Shown here: in pieces, positions 16,061 to 25,535 of the stretch | Numbering within the stretch: the stretch's first letter is position 1 | Layout: every line of letters starts with the position of its first letter | Source of the DNA: a virus | Lineage: Duplodnaviria; Caudoviricetes | DNA length: 31,438 bases | Strand: one strand, 5' to 3' | Virus record (IMG/VR): IMGVR_UViG_3300038530_001546 | Location: 1-31,438 of that record | The notes under the pieces: model-generated | What the model saw: the letters and a program-made list of their open reading frames with translations, nothing else | Told to the model about the DNA's origin: nothing | Databases searched by the model: none | Made by a program: the position numbers and the translations under genes

Positions 16061-16079
16061 GACAAACAAAGCAAATATT

Positions 16080-18575
16080 TTATTCAGTTGTAACAACAAA
16101 ATTTAAAGAAACATCATCGTCATCGTTTGGAATGTGTGACGTGACATTGAATTCGGCATTTTTTACATTGTATTTTAATTTGTCAACAATTGCCGGTTGT
16201 GCCTCTGATAGTACATTTGGCCAATCAAATAAAATTCGATTATTCATTGCAAGCGGACGCGTTTGCGTATCTCTAAAAGAACCTTCATAACGTGTCACAA
16301 AATCCCTAAAATCATTCATTATTGTTTGACTAACAATCCGATGTAAAGATTTATAAAAATTACTTAAACCGGCACCGGCATTGTAATTGTCGCGCGTACG
16401 ATACCAATAAAATGTTTCCGGGTTTGGAAACATGACGCCTTTAATTTCCGGCACAACAACAGTACCCGGACCGCTGCCGGCAGCATTAACAACAAAATCT
16501 GATAATTCGGTTCTTATATTAAATAAATATGGTATTTTTTGAGTCTTTATATTTGAAACCTCAATTGATGATTGACGTTTTGCCTTTTCCTTAAAGGTTT
16601 TGTTTATGTCCCCAATATCGTCGCCGTTTTTAGATATAACCGATAAAGACGGATTGTCTAATATTGTCATCATAGTGTTGGCGATTGCTGCCCTATCTGT
16701 TTGGAATGCCACGTTGTCAAAGTATAAACCAACATAATCGGTAAATGATGTCGGTACTTCGGGATTTAATATAATTACTTTTAATTTTCCTAAAGGGATT
16801 TCGTAATCGGGCGCACCAATAAAATCCAAACCTTTTAAATCTATATTTATTTTTTGCCATGAATTAAAGGTTTTAACAACCTTTTCATTTGTAATTACTG
16901 AAGTTGTCCATGATTTCGTATCAGCATTAAAATAAACGCTTGAATATGTTGGTGATGAAGCGTCAATTTCGTAAAAAATCCTATAACGAATTGTTGTTTG
17001 GTTTGTTATGACTGTTGATTTTGACGCATTGGCTTCAATAAAAAAACCGATTTGTAATTTCAAACCCATAAAATCCTCAAAATTTAATAGATCTTTGAAA
17101 TTTGCCGGATTTCCTGGAAATGATTCTTCAAAACTTTGTTGACTTAAACCAATAACCGGATATACATTTGACAATGATGTGTCACTTTCAAAACAAACGA
17201 CTTCGGTTGAACCCGTTGAAACGGAATCCGCAATTCTAATTGAATTTATGCCTTGACTCACAATGTCATTTGTTGACAATGCGGCATTTGAACCCGTTAT
17301 TGTCCAACCAAATGTTCCGTATTCAAAACCGGGGTTGTTGTTATAATTCGCAAAATTTAATTGCGATGATTTGGCGTCCCTAATATTTTCACTTAAAGGT
17401 TGTATAAACTCTCTTATTAAATTATTACCAATAGGCAGCAAAAATTCGGGCGCTATTTTTAAAACCTCTTTGTTTAATTGTGATGTTTGCGAAGTTCCGG
17501 CTGAATTGAAAACCGTTGTTTTTAAAACTTCCTTTTTTTGATTTGTTATTTGTGTTGTAATGCTGTCACGAATTCCCGTTGGAACGGTGCCGGTTGATAC
17601 TGATGTTTGAATTTCGTCTTTTATATTTTGATCAAAAATATTTGAATTTTGAACAATATACCAACGACCAAAAGATTGAAAAATTCTACAATGATACAAA
17701 GTCAATAACAATTCAAGTTGTGTTTTTGCGTCGTATAAATCATAGCCATTGTTGAATTCAAATTTGCCTGCCGCAAATGTTATTGTATTCGGAAATATTA
17801 TTTCGCCTAAATCTTCATCGCGTGCTGCAATGTCAGTTCTAAAATGTAAAGGCAAATCCAATCCGAGATTTTGTAGAATTGTTGCAATTCTTTTAACGTC
17901 AGTCAAACCAGTTGTTCCGGCCGGTGTTGCGCCACCCGTAGTTTTTGGCGCCGGTACTGATGAATCATTTGTAAAAATTGGGGCGTCAAATTTTTTAAGG
18001 GTTCCAAGACCGTCAAAGGCTTTGAAAGAAACCGGAAAAGGAAATGAAGTCAATTTTTCTTTGAACCTATCAACGACCAAAAAACCGGTCCAATAAGTGT
18101 CAAAAGTATAAACATTTGAATCGGTGATAACGTTTTGAATACAGCTTAAAGACTCAACAAAACCGCCGTCGTCAATAACACGATGACGATATGTTGTTGA
18201 AATTGTTTCAAAATCTAAAATTTTATTTGATATACAATTTGCAGTTTCGTATAAACCGCCGTCATTTTCAACGCGATCAATGTAAGAATCCGTTTCACTT
18301 TTTGCATAATTAATAACTACTTTGTATTCGCGTTCGTCAAATTTATAAAAATCATCGTATTGAACGGAATCCGTCACCATAAAATTTAATGTACAGCTTG
18401 AACCAATTATGGGCGAATAAAAATCATCTTTTCCGTTCCAAGTTATTATCACGGGGTTTGCTGTCCCAATAATCGGCAAAGATTGACCGGAATAATTTTT
18501 TTTTAAAATTTGAATTTGTTTGCCATGTCCTAAAACATCGGAAAAATCTAATTGGTATTTTACACCGTATGACAT
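16080..18575 (-). CDS. Tail-tip / minor tail protein (831 aa)
   Basis: Directly after the TMP; YGVKYQLDFSD, PIIGSSC, YWTGF, AFDGLGTLK and CRIFQSFGRWYI motifs; internal NPGFE..W carbohydrate-binding-like domain. Confidence 0.7.
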   Translation of the reverse strand: MSYGVKYQLDFSDVLGHGKQIQILKKNYSGQSLPIIGTANPVIITWNGKDDFYSPIIGSSCTLNFMVTDSVQYDDFYKFDEREYKVVINYAKSETDSYIDRVENDGGLYETANCISNKILDFETISTTYRHRVIDDGGFVESLSCIQNVITDSNVYTFDTYWTGFLVVDRFKEKLTSFPFPVSFKAFDGLGTLKKFDAPIFTNDSSVPAPKTTGGATPAGTTGLTDVKRIATILQNLGLDLPLHFRTDIAARDEDLGEIIFPNTITFAAGKFEFNNGYDLYDAKTQLELLLTLYHCRIFQSFGRWYIVQNSNIFDQNIKDEIQTSVSTGTVPTGIRDSITTQITNQKKEVLKTTVFNSAGTSQTSQLNKEVLKIAPEFLLPIGNNLIREFIQPLSENIRDAKSSQLNFANYNNNPGFEYGTFGWTITGSNAALSTNDIVSQGINSIRIADSVSTGSTEVVCFESDTSLSNVYPVIGLSQQSFEESFPGNPANFKDLLNFEDFMGLKLQIGFFIEANASKSTVITNQTTIRYRIFYEIDASSPTYSSVYFNADTKSWTTSVITNEKVVKTFNSWQKINIDLKGLDFIGAPDYEIPLGKLKVIILNPEVPTSFTDYVGLYFDNVAFQTDRAAIANTMMTILDNPSLSVISKNGDDIGDINKTFKEKAKRQSSIEVSNIKTQKIPYLFNIRTELSDFVVNAAGSGPGTVVVPEIKGVMFPNPETFYWYRTRDNYNAGAGLSNFYKSLHRIVSQTIMNDFRDFVTRYEGSFRDTQTRPLAMNNRILFDWPNVLSEAQPAIVDKLKYNVKNAEFNVTSHIPNDDDDVSLNFVVTTE

Positions 18576-18587
18576 AAATTTTAAATA

Positions 18588-20753
18588 TTAAAATAAACGG
18601 TCAGCCGTTTCATTCGCGCGTTGAATCGCAATCAATAAGTCTTGACCTTCCAATCTTATTTGACCGCCAACATTTATATTTTGATTGCCGCCCCCAATCA
18701 TTGATTGTAATTTATTTAGCGGCGCAATAACTTCGGGATTTTGTCGCGCCCCGGGATATTCGCCAACCAAGCCCATTGTTGGACCGCTAACAATACCACC
18801 GTTGGCAAATTTTGGGGGCGCTGAAGCGTTGCCGCCCATTGATATTTTTCCGGCTTGAGATTTTACAAATGCGCCCAATGCAACCAACATAACCCCGGCC
18901 GCAATTGCGATTCCAGGTGATAATGATTGTAAAGCTATTTGAATTTTTTTAAGGCCAATACCAACGCCAATTGCTAATTTACCAAGTTGCGTTGCCATGT
19001 TACCAATTGTAGTCAAAAGCAATTTTGACAATGATTGCGCCAAATTGCCGCCGCCTGCAATTGCTTGGCCTAATGCCTCGCCGATTCCGATTGCTAAATC
19101 ATTCAAACTACCGGTTATAATTTCACCGACTGCGTTGTTAAATTCCATTGCATTTGCCAACGCTATTGATTGTTGTTCGGACAAAACCGATTGTTGTTCA
19201 GCAATGGCCGCAGGAATTCCGGCCGTGTCGGCTTTAATAGCGTTTGTTATTGGGCCGCCGGCTTTTAAATCACCCATAACGCTTTGAACACGTCTACGGC
19301 CACCGGTTGCGCTTGTTGTATCGGAAGTGTCCGTAGATTGAGCGCCGTCACTTGTTGAAACCACTTCAACCGGAACCGTGATTTTTGCAATTTGTTTTCG
19401 TTCTAAAGCCTCGTTAAAATTATCGACAACGCTTGATCCTAAATTTAGGGCTTCGGTTTTAATATCGTCAAACGCGTCTAAAACATTGTTTTTAACGCCT
19501 TCAAACGCAAGTTTAAAGCCTCTTTCAATTTCGTCCGGATCAAGTGTGAAAATCCCCATTATGATTGCGCCGACGCCTTCTAACGCGCTCACAATATTTT
19601 TGGCGGTTAATGTAACTAATGTAACCAATGATTTTAAAACAAATTTTCCAACAGCAAGAAAATTTTTAAATTGCATAATAATAAAATCAACGGCCAATTG
19701 TATCGGCAAAGCGTTGTTATAAAGATCAATAAAATAATTTCCGACTTGAATTAATGCGGCTTTTATGCCGGACCAATTTTTATAAATAACAACGCCAACA
19801 GCCGTCAAAGCAGCGACAACCAATCCAATCGGTCCGGTCATAACAGTCAACGCCGTACCAATAGCCGGCGCCAATGTCAAAAGCGTTCCGATAATTGCAA
19901 TAATCGGCCCCAATGCAGCAACAACGCCGGTAAAAATTAAAATCACTTTTTTTGTTGTTGGCGACAATTCACCAAATTTTTGAATTAAGCCATTTAAAAA
20001 TGTGACTAATTTTGTGAAAACCGGCAAAATAATTTGTCCAAACCGCGCCCCTAATTCTTTCAATGATTCCTGGAAAATTCGCATTTGATTTGCAGCGCCA
20101 CCGCTAGTTCGTGAAAAATCACCTTGGGCATTGGACGTTTTGGCCATTATAAATTCGTATCTCAATGCAACCTTTTCCGCTTGCGACATTGTTTTAAGAT
20201 TGGCATTCATGCCTTGTTCCATTGCAAAGTTTTTCAAATTGACTTCGGTCATTACAACCCCCAATCTTTTAAGGGATTCCGTTTCGCCCGTAAAAACGCC
20301 GGCCAATGCGGTTTGTGCCTCTTCGATATTAATGTTTTTAAAGGACGCTAAATCGCCGGCCAAACCAACCAATTGTGTTGACATTCCGGCCGCCGCAGTT
20401 TTTGACAAACCCATTGATGTCGCCATATCGCCAAACAATGCCGCCATGTCAAGGGCCGAACCTTCGGCAATTCCAAACTCTTTGAGTGTTGTTTTTGCAA
20501 ATTCTTTGACTTCATTCCGTGAATTTCCAAACGCTACATCGACTTTGTTCATTGATTCCTGAAAATCGGACGCGAATTTTATTGCAGCGCCCCCGGCGGC
20601 AACAATCGGCAATGTCAAGCGAAGTGACATTTGTTTGCCAACGTTTTGCATTTTAGATCCAAATGATTGCAGTCTTGATGAAGCGCTTGAAAGTGCGTTT
20701 TTAAGTTTCGACGAATCGCCGGTAATATTTATTTTTAGATTTGATTCGGCCAT
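18588..20753 (-). CDS. Tape measure protein (721 aa)
   Basis: LAGDLASFKNI, GETESLKRLGV, hydrophobic middle region, PKFANGGIVSGPT..VGE tail; follows the chaperone genes. Confidence 0.92.
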   Translation of the reverse strand: MAESNLKINITGDSSKLKNALSSASSRLQSFGSKMQNVGKQMSLRLTLPIVAAGGAAIKFASDFQESMNKVDVAFGNSRNEVKEFAKTTLKEFGIAEGSALDMAALFGDMATSMGLSKTAAAGMSTQLVGLAGDLASFKNINIEEAQTALAGVFTGETESLKRLGVVMTEVNLKNFAMEQGMNANLKTMSQAEKVALRYEFIMAKTSNAQGDFSRTSGGAANQMRIFQESLKELGARFGQIILPVFTKLVTFLNGLIQKFGELSPTTKKVILIFTGVVAALGPIIAIIGTLLTLAPAIGTALTVMTGPIGLVVAALTAVGVVIYKNWSGIKAALIQVGNYFIDLYNNALPIQLAVDFIIMQFKNFLAVGKFVLKSLVTLVTLTAKNIVSALEGVGAIIMGIFTLDPDEIERGFKLAFEGVKNNVLDAFDDIKTEALNLGSSVVDNFNEALERKQIAKITVPVEVVSTSDGAQSTDTSDTTSATGGRRRVQSVMGDLKAGGPITNAIKADTAGIPAAIAEQQSVLSEQQSIALANAMEFNNAVGEIITGSLNDLAIGIGEALGQAIAGGGNLAQSLSKLLLTTIGNMATQLGKLAIGVGIGLKKIQIALQSLSPGIAIAAGVMLVALGAFVKSQAGKISMGGNASAPPKFANGGIVSGPTMGLVGEYPGARQNPEVIAPLNKLQSMIGGGNQNINVGGQIRLEGQDLLIAIQRANETADRLF

Positions 20754-20769
20754 GAGAAGAATAATTTAA

Positions 20770-20783
20770 ACAAAAATACAAAA
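20770..20783 (-). promoter_or_regulatory. Late-type promoter element TTTTGTATTTTTGT
   Basis: Identical 14-mer upstream of three structural genes (also 23717, 25832); contains TAnnTTTG. Confidence 0.65.
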
Positions 20784-20795
20784 AAAAAGACGCTT

Positions 20796-21131
20796 TTATT
20801 TTAAGGTTTTTTTATTGGTCATTTGTTTGACTTTGTTTTCAAATGCCAACATTTGTTCGCGTGTTGATTTTGGTTTGTCACGATTTTGTTTGCGCTTTTT
20901 ATCAACCGGTAATTCAAACAATTGTTCGGGTTTTAGCATTTGCGAACGTTTTTGACATTGGACATTGTGAATCATTGCCGCCAAATATCGCGTTTGTTCC
21001 CATTGTAAATTTATATTGTTGTGATAATGTTCGGCGATTAATGCATTTTCCCGCCAGGTTTGCCGCCAAAAATCATTCGGTTTTATGCCAATCAATCCGA
21101 TATAATAATCGGTCAAACTCTCAAAATCTAT
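20796..21131 (-). CDS. Tail assembly chaperone frameshift extension (gpT-like)
   Basis: The -1 frame from A AAA AAA reads IDFESLTDYYIGLIGIKPNDFWRQTWRE..; the only annotated start is TTG at 21116. Confidence 0.8.
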   Translation of the reverse strand: MDFESLTDYYIGLIGIKPNDFWRQTWRENALIAEHYHNNINLQWEQTRYLAAMIHNVQCQKRSQMLKPEQLFELPVDKKRKQNRDKPKSTREQMLAFENKVKQMTNKKTLK

Positions 21132-21502
21132 TTTTTTGACGGCTTCATCTTTGCCGGTTTAACGGCTTGTTGATTTAAAGAATTGCCCAAAATTTTGGAT
21201 TCTAACATTGTGTTGACAATTTCATTTATTGAATCCGGTTGCAAATCGTCCAACCAAGTACCAACGGTGAAAATATTATAATCAACATTTTTTCCGTTTT
21301 CTTGATCGTTTGCAAGTATTGCCGAATAAATAAGTGCGCGCAATCCTTTTATTGATATACCGTTTTCAAACGCACCGCCAATGTCTTGAAGTGAAATACC
21401 CATTTGTTCCGTAAATTCGGACCAAAAATTCATTGAAAAATGTAATGTTCGTTTTTTGCCACCGACATTGATGTCAATGTAACCTTTGTTTTTGTTTGCC
21501 AT
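21128..21502 (-). CDS. Tail assembly chaperone (gpG-like)
   Basis: Between tail tube and TMP; ends TCA AAA AAA TAG (slippery heptamer at 21131-21137). Confidence 0.85.
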   Translation of the reverse strand: MANKNKGYIDINVGGKKRTLHFSMNFWSEFTEQMGISLQDIGGAFENGISIKGLRALIYSAILANDQENGKNVDYNIFTVGTWLDDLQPDSINEIVNTMLESKILGNSLNQQAVKPAKMKPSKK

Positions 21503-21528
21503 TTGTGTTTTGTTTGTCGTTAATAAAT

Positions 21529-21562
21529 AAAAAAAGCCACCGCCAAAAAAATGACGGCGGCC
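21529..21562 (-). terminator. Rho-independent terminator after the major tail protein
   Basis: GGCCGCCGTCA..TGGCGGTGGC followed by T7. Confidence 0.8.
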
Positions 21563-21583
21563 AAAAATAATAAACTTTTAAAA

Positions 21584-21991
21584 TTAGTTTGTACTCTTGA
21601 CGATTGCGCCGGTGATAATTAGCGAACCGGAATAAGTGACGGCCGATTCCATTTCGCCCGACATTTCAACAGATGTCAAAAATGCGTCGGCGGTATAAAT
21701 AGCGTCACCGCTTTCAACCGTTCCGAATACACATGTTAATTTTGTTCTATTTAAAAGATTGTCCGCAGCTTGTATTGCGTTAAATGAATCATCGTAAGCA
21801 ATTAAACCTTCAAATGAAATTTCGCCGCCTTTGACGCCGCCAATATATTCTGAAAATCCGCTTGAATCTTTTGTTGTTGCTTCTGGCGTGTCTAATGATA
21901 AAGACAGCGAACAAGATGTCGTGTGTCCGACAGTTGTTCCGCCAATTTTTAAAAGTAAATTTGTTCCGTTAAAAACTCCCGTTGTTGCCAT
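21584..21991 (-). CDS. Major tail tube protein (TP901-1-like)
   Basis: GVFNGT, ATTKDSSGFSEYIGG, VTYSGSLIITG; 135 aa; followed by terminator and chaperone. Confidence 0.88.
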   Translation of the reverse strand: MATTGVFNGTNLLLKIGGTTVGHTTSCSLSLSLDTPEATTKDSSGFSEYIGGVKGGEISFEGLIAYDDSFNAIQAADNLLNRTKLTCVFGTVESGDAIYTADAFLTSVEMSGEMESAVTYSGSLIITGAIVKSTN

Positions 21992-22049
21992 TTATTTTTG
22001 TTTTAAGTTTATTAAATTTTTTGTAAATATACGAATTATTTATTTTAAT

Positions 22050-22406
22050 TTACGGAATGTAATCAACGCCCATAAATCGGTGAACGCCTTGATCGTCAAT
22101 ATTAATTTCGTAATCGGCCCAAAGTTTATAATCTAAATCAACATAATTTTCGGAATCATCGTCGTCGGACAAATTATAATTTTGCCAAAGTACGTCAACC
22201 GAATATTTTTCAGCATATTTTGGCGCTTTTATTTGTTCGCCGTTTTCGTCATATTCGCCGTCTTCAATACATATAAAACCAATTTTTACAATAGAATTTT
22301 TATGCGTTGGATATTCATTCCCTTCATCATCTTTTGAGTGCGGTAATTTTTTTATATATTCGTCGGCTTTTTTTTCGCTTGGAAATTCGTATTTTTTAAC
22401 TATCAT
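22050..22406 (-). CDS. Hypothetical protein (118 aa), possible fibre/spike accessory
   Basis: KKYEF, YSVDVLW and GVHRFMG motifs; follows the spike paralogs. Confidence 0.65.
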   Translation of the reverse strand: MIVKKYEFPSEKKADEYIKKLPHSKDDEGNEYPTHKNSIVKIGFICIEDGEYDENGEQIKAPKYAEKYSVDVLWQNYNLSDDDDSENYVDLDYKLWADYEINIDDQGVHRFMGVDYIP

Positions 22407-22416
22407 TTTTTTTTGT

Positions 22417-23703
22417 TTATAGTGTTGTTAATGTTGTTAATTCGCTTGTTGTTAATGTTTCGTCAAAAATAGCTTGTGTAAAAACATCGCCATTAAATTT
22501 GCCGTTTGATATACCAAAATCAGACGCGATTGTTTCGCCATTCAAAACGTCAAAATTTCCGGTCACGGTTCCCGTTTTGATTTGTGATCCGTTTAAAAAT
22601 ATTATAAACTCATTTCCAAACAATCGTATTGCCAATTTATTTTGTTGAAAAAATGGTATCAAATTGTCACTTGTTGTTATTAGGTTATTTGATGATCCGT
22701 TGTTTGAAGTTGCTAAAATTAAAACAAAATAATTTGTTCCAGATTTATAAGATCTTAATTTAATTGATTTGTTTAAACCTGAATTAATTAAAGCTAGTAA
22801 ATTGTCAAAATCTGATTCGTAAGAATTTATCTTAAAATCCAAATAAAATGTTGCGTCGGCGCCTAACGAAAAAGTTTGAGTATTTATACAATCATCAAAA
22901 TTTCGTGAAACGGCAATATTTTCCGTTTTAATATACGACGTTGCGCCGACTCCTTTTTCGATTTGACAGCCGAATAAATAAACAAACGATGTTGATGTTG
23001 AATTTGTACTATCAACAACGCCATCGGACGCGCGCGGTGAAAATAAACTTATTATTGACGCGTCGGCGTCTGTTGTGTATTCTATTTGCAAACGAAACCA
23101 CCCGTCGCCGTACTCTTCAACCTTTGTTCGGCCGGCTGTAAATGTACCGAACGCGTCATATTGATATATTTGTTTCGTGCTAAATCTAAAACGAGCGTCA
23201 ACCCGATTTGGATAAACGCCTTGAGCGCGGATCGCAAAATAATCGCCTTCGCCTTGTTTTACAAAAACCGATGTTGTCATTTGCATAGCAGCGGCGGACG
23301 GTTTTGCTGCGGCGTCACGAATGTAAGCGGCTGACGTTGCGGTCCTTAAAATTTTGTCAGCTGTTGTTGTTCCTTTTGGTGATGTGATTTGATTTGCGGT
23401 AACGGTAACGGCCAACGCGTCGGTTGTCCAAGCGGAGTTGTCAAATTCTTCTGATCTTATTTGTAAATTTGATCTTGTTGCCTCAATAAGTAATGATGGG
23501 CAACCGTTGTTGTGATGATTCAAACGCGGTATATTTGCCGCCTTTGTTTCAATAATACCACTTACATTTTGTCTTGTTGCGTCGTCACCAACGCGCGCAA
23601 ATGTAAAATCAAAACCGCCGGCGCTTGGAAAAATGGAATATAATTTTGTCGCCTTGTAACCCGATGGAATCAATAAAAATTTTGCTTTGTCTAAAATTGC
23701 CAT
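22417..23703 (-). CDS. Spike/fibre protein with LamG/ConA-like domains (428 aa)
   Basis: FDFTFAR, PRL..GCPSLLIE..RSNL, GDGWFR, QIE..ATSYIKT; paralog of 23746..25374. Confidence 0.7.
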   Translation of the reverse strand: MAILDKAKFLLIPSGYKATKLYSIFPSAGGFDFTFARVGDDATRQNVSGIIETKAANIPRLNHHNNGCPSLLIEATRSNLQIRSEEFDNSAWTTDALAVTVTANQITSPKGTTTADKILRTATSAAYIRDAAAKPSAAAMQMTTSVFVKQGEGDYFAIRAQGVYPNRVDARFRFSTKQIYQYDAFGTFTAGRTKVEEYGDGWFRLQIEYTTDADASIISLFSPRASDGVVDSTNSTSTSFVYLFGCQIEKGVGATSYIKTENIAVSRNFDDCINTQTFSLGADATFYLDFKINSYESDFDNLLALINSGLNKSIKLRSYKSGTNYFVLILATSNNGSSNNLITTSDNLIPFFQQNKLAIRLFGNEFIIFLNGSQIKTGTVTGNFDVLNGETIASDFGISNGKFNGDVFTQAIFDETLTTSELTTLTTL

Positions 23704-23716
23704 TTTTGTTGTTTGT

Positions 23717-23730
23717 ACAAAAATACAAAA
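23717..23730 (-). promoter_or_regulatory. Late-type promoter element TTTTGTATTTTTGT
   Basis: Identical to 20770 and 25832. Confidence 0.65.
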
Positions 23731-23745
23731 TTTTGATGTGTTTTT

Positions 23746-25374
23746 TTATGAAGTTAACGCAATCAATTCCGCGTCCGTCAAAGCCTCTTTAAATACTGCA
23801 ACGGATTTTACTTTACCTTCAAATACATTGCTTGCTCCCATTCTTTTAAAATTTAGTTGATTTAATGTATTAGCACTAAAAATAGTTGATTGCGTAAGAT
23901 TTATATTAATTTGTGTTCCGTTAATATAAAACCCAAAATCTTCAGCTTTATATTTAACAGCTATTTTATTAAAATTTTTCACATCAAAGCTTGTTGTAAA
24001 AGAATTATAAACTGCAACATTTGCTACTTTTACTTGACCCCTAATTCTGTTTGTGGCTCCACCTATAAAAATTGATACTCTATTATTGGTGCCTCCATCA
24101 CTTAACTGAATCTCTCTTTCGTTTGTACTGCTATCTAACGCTTCAAATTCAGAATATAAAACGCCCTCCGTTGAGTTTATAAGACTTGTATCACCACTTG
24201 CATTTGCTTCATCTTTGTTTCTTGTTACAGTTGTTCCGCTTGTTGGAATATATGATGTAGGAAAAGATTGTTCTTCTGCTTGCATACCCCAAAGTAAAAT
24301 TGATTGATTTCCGTTTCTTGGGATTGATGTTTGGTTTAAATCGTTGCAAACATTAAATAAAACGGCCCCAACTAAATCCGTTGTTGTGTTCATGGTGACC
24401 GAACATTTATACCACCCATTCCCAAAGTCTTCAATTGTTGATTGTGTGGTGCCGGATTTTGTGCCATTAACTAAATCAAAAAATGCCGCGCGACCATTAT
24501 CAAAACCCGTCATATTGATTCTTAAAACATTTGCGCCGTCTTTTTTGGCGAAAACTGAAATTGTGGAATCCGTCGCAGAAGTCAAATTTGTTGAAAAAAA
24601 GTTAATTGCAACGCTACCACTTGAACCGTCGTTGTTGTCAATTAATTTTTGTGCGGTGTTTGTACCGTCCGGCGCTGTTCCTTGGTTTGCGCTTAAAATA
24701 GAACCGGTAAAACTTGGATCGCCGCTACCGTTAAAAATATCACCTTGCGAAAAATCGTTTGAATATGTAGCGGTGTTTGTTGATTGCGGTTCCAATAAAA
24801 TTTGCCCCGTACCGCCTAAAAAATCAATCCTTGGCAAACCACTTGCGACGTTTTGGATCAAACCGTTAGGGCCAACGCGTGTGGCTGTTGTTGCGCGTGT
24901 GAAATCAAAATCGCCGTCCGTTACCTTTTTGAGGCTGACATTATCAACAACAGCATTCGCGGTAAATGATTTTACACTTATAAAAAATTCACCCCCACCG
25001 CTTGAATTAGTTCTACCAAAAACAGTGTGTGTACCAACAGAAGACGGTAAATCTATCGTCAAAGAACTTCCGCCTCTTGTTGTGTGCAAAACATTGTCGC
25101 CCGAGCTTGAAATAACATCGTAAGTTATTTTATATTTTGTGTTTAATTCTAAAAGTCCTGATTGTCTAATAGCCGCGTTTGCGTTTGGCAAATTTGCTGT
25201 TCCGCCGCTAATAGTAGCGTTGCTGAATTTAGTCCAATTTGTATCGGTTGCAAAATCGCCGTTTGTAATTAATTCATTGCTAAAAGTTTGTATTGGTTTT
25301 ATACTATGAAGTGTGCCACTACTAAACGCCGTCGGCGTTAATACAATACTTGCTTTGTCTAATAAATTACTCAT
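23746..25374 (-). CDS. Spike/fibre protein with CBM-like and LamG/ConA-like domains (542 aa)
   Basis: ELITNGDFATDTNW, DFDFTRATTATRV, LLEPQSTN, GNGWYKC, PTSYIPTSG, KIAVKY..FYINGTQ, ALTDAEL. Confidence 0.75.
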   Translation of the reverse strand: MSNLLDKASIVLTPTAFSSGTLHSIKPIQTFSNELITNGDFATDTNWTKFSNATISGGTANLPNANAAIRQSGLLELNTKYKITYDVISSSGDNVLHTTRGGSSLTIDLPSSVGTHTVFGRTNSSGGGEFFISVKSFTANAVVDNVSLKKVTDGDFDFTRATTATRVGPNGLIQNVASGLPRIDFLGGTGQILLEPQSTNTATYSNDFSQGDIFNGSGDPSFTGSILSANQGTAPDGTNTAQKLIDNNDGSSGSVAINFFSTNLTSATDSTISVFAKKDGANVLRINMTGFDNGRAAFFDLVNGTKSGTTQSTIEDFGNGWYKCSVTMNTTTDLVGAVLFNVCNDLNQTSIPRNGNQSILLWGMQAEEQSFPTSYIPTSGTTVTRNKDEANASGDTSLINSTEGVLYSEFEALDSSTNEREIQLSDGGTNNRVSIFIGGATNRIRGQVKVANVAVYNSFTTSFDVKNFNKIAVKYKAEDFGFYINGTQININLTQSTIFSANTLNQLNFKRMGASNVFEGKVKSVAVFKEALTDAELIALTS

Positions 25375-25526
25375 GAATCAATGTTTTCAATTGCTGTTAA
25401 AATTGTAATTGTGCCGGATTCATTTTCAAAAAAAGTTGCGCGCGCTTTTAAAGCGGATAACAATCCAGGGATTTCGCTAAAATCTAAAGCGACGGTGTTT
25501 TGTATTTTTAAACCTAATCCAATCAT
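25371..25526 (-). CDS. Small structural/adaptor protein (51 aa)
   Basis: Manual: MIGLGLKIQNTVALDFSEIPGLLSALKARATFFENESGTITILTAIENIDS; ATGA-coupled to the spike gene. Confidence 0.65.
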   Translation of the reverse strand: MIGLGLKIQNTVALDFSEIPGLLSALKARATFFENESGTITILTAIENIDS

Positions 25527-25535
25527 AAATTGGTA

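Noticed and set aside
8412-20530. Nested same-strand ORFs 8412..8642, 14131..14544, 15384..15632, 20348..20530
   Set aside because: They lie out of frame inside conserved genes, with no slippery site or protein-like signature noticed.
21563-21575. Tail-tube 3'UTR GTTTATTATTTTT complementary to leaders at 6395-6407 and 25821-25830
   Set aside because: Very low complexity, and the best match is in the other, probably foreign, segment.
22417-25374. Diversity-generating retroelement acting on the spike genes
   Set aside because: No reverse transcriptase and no TR/VR pair differing at adenines was seen.
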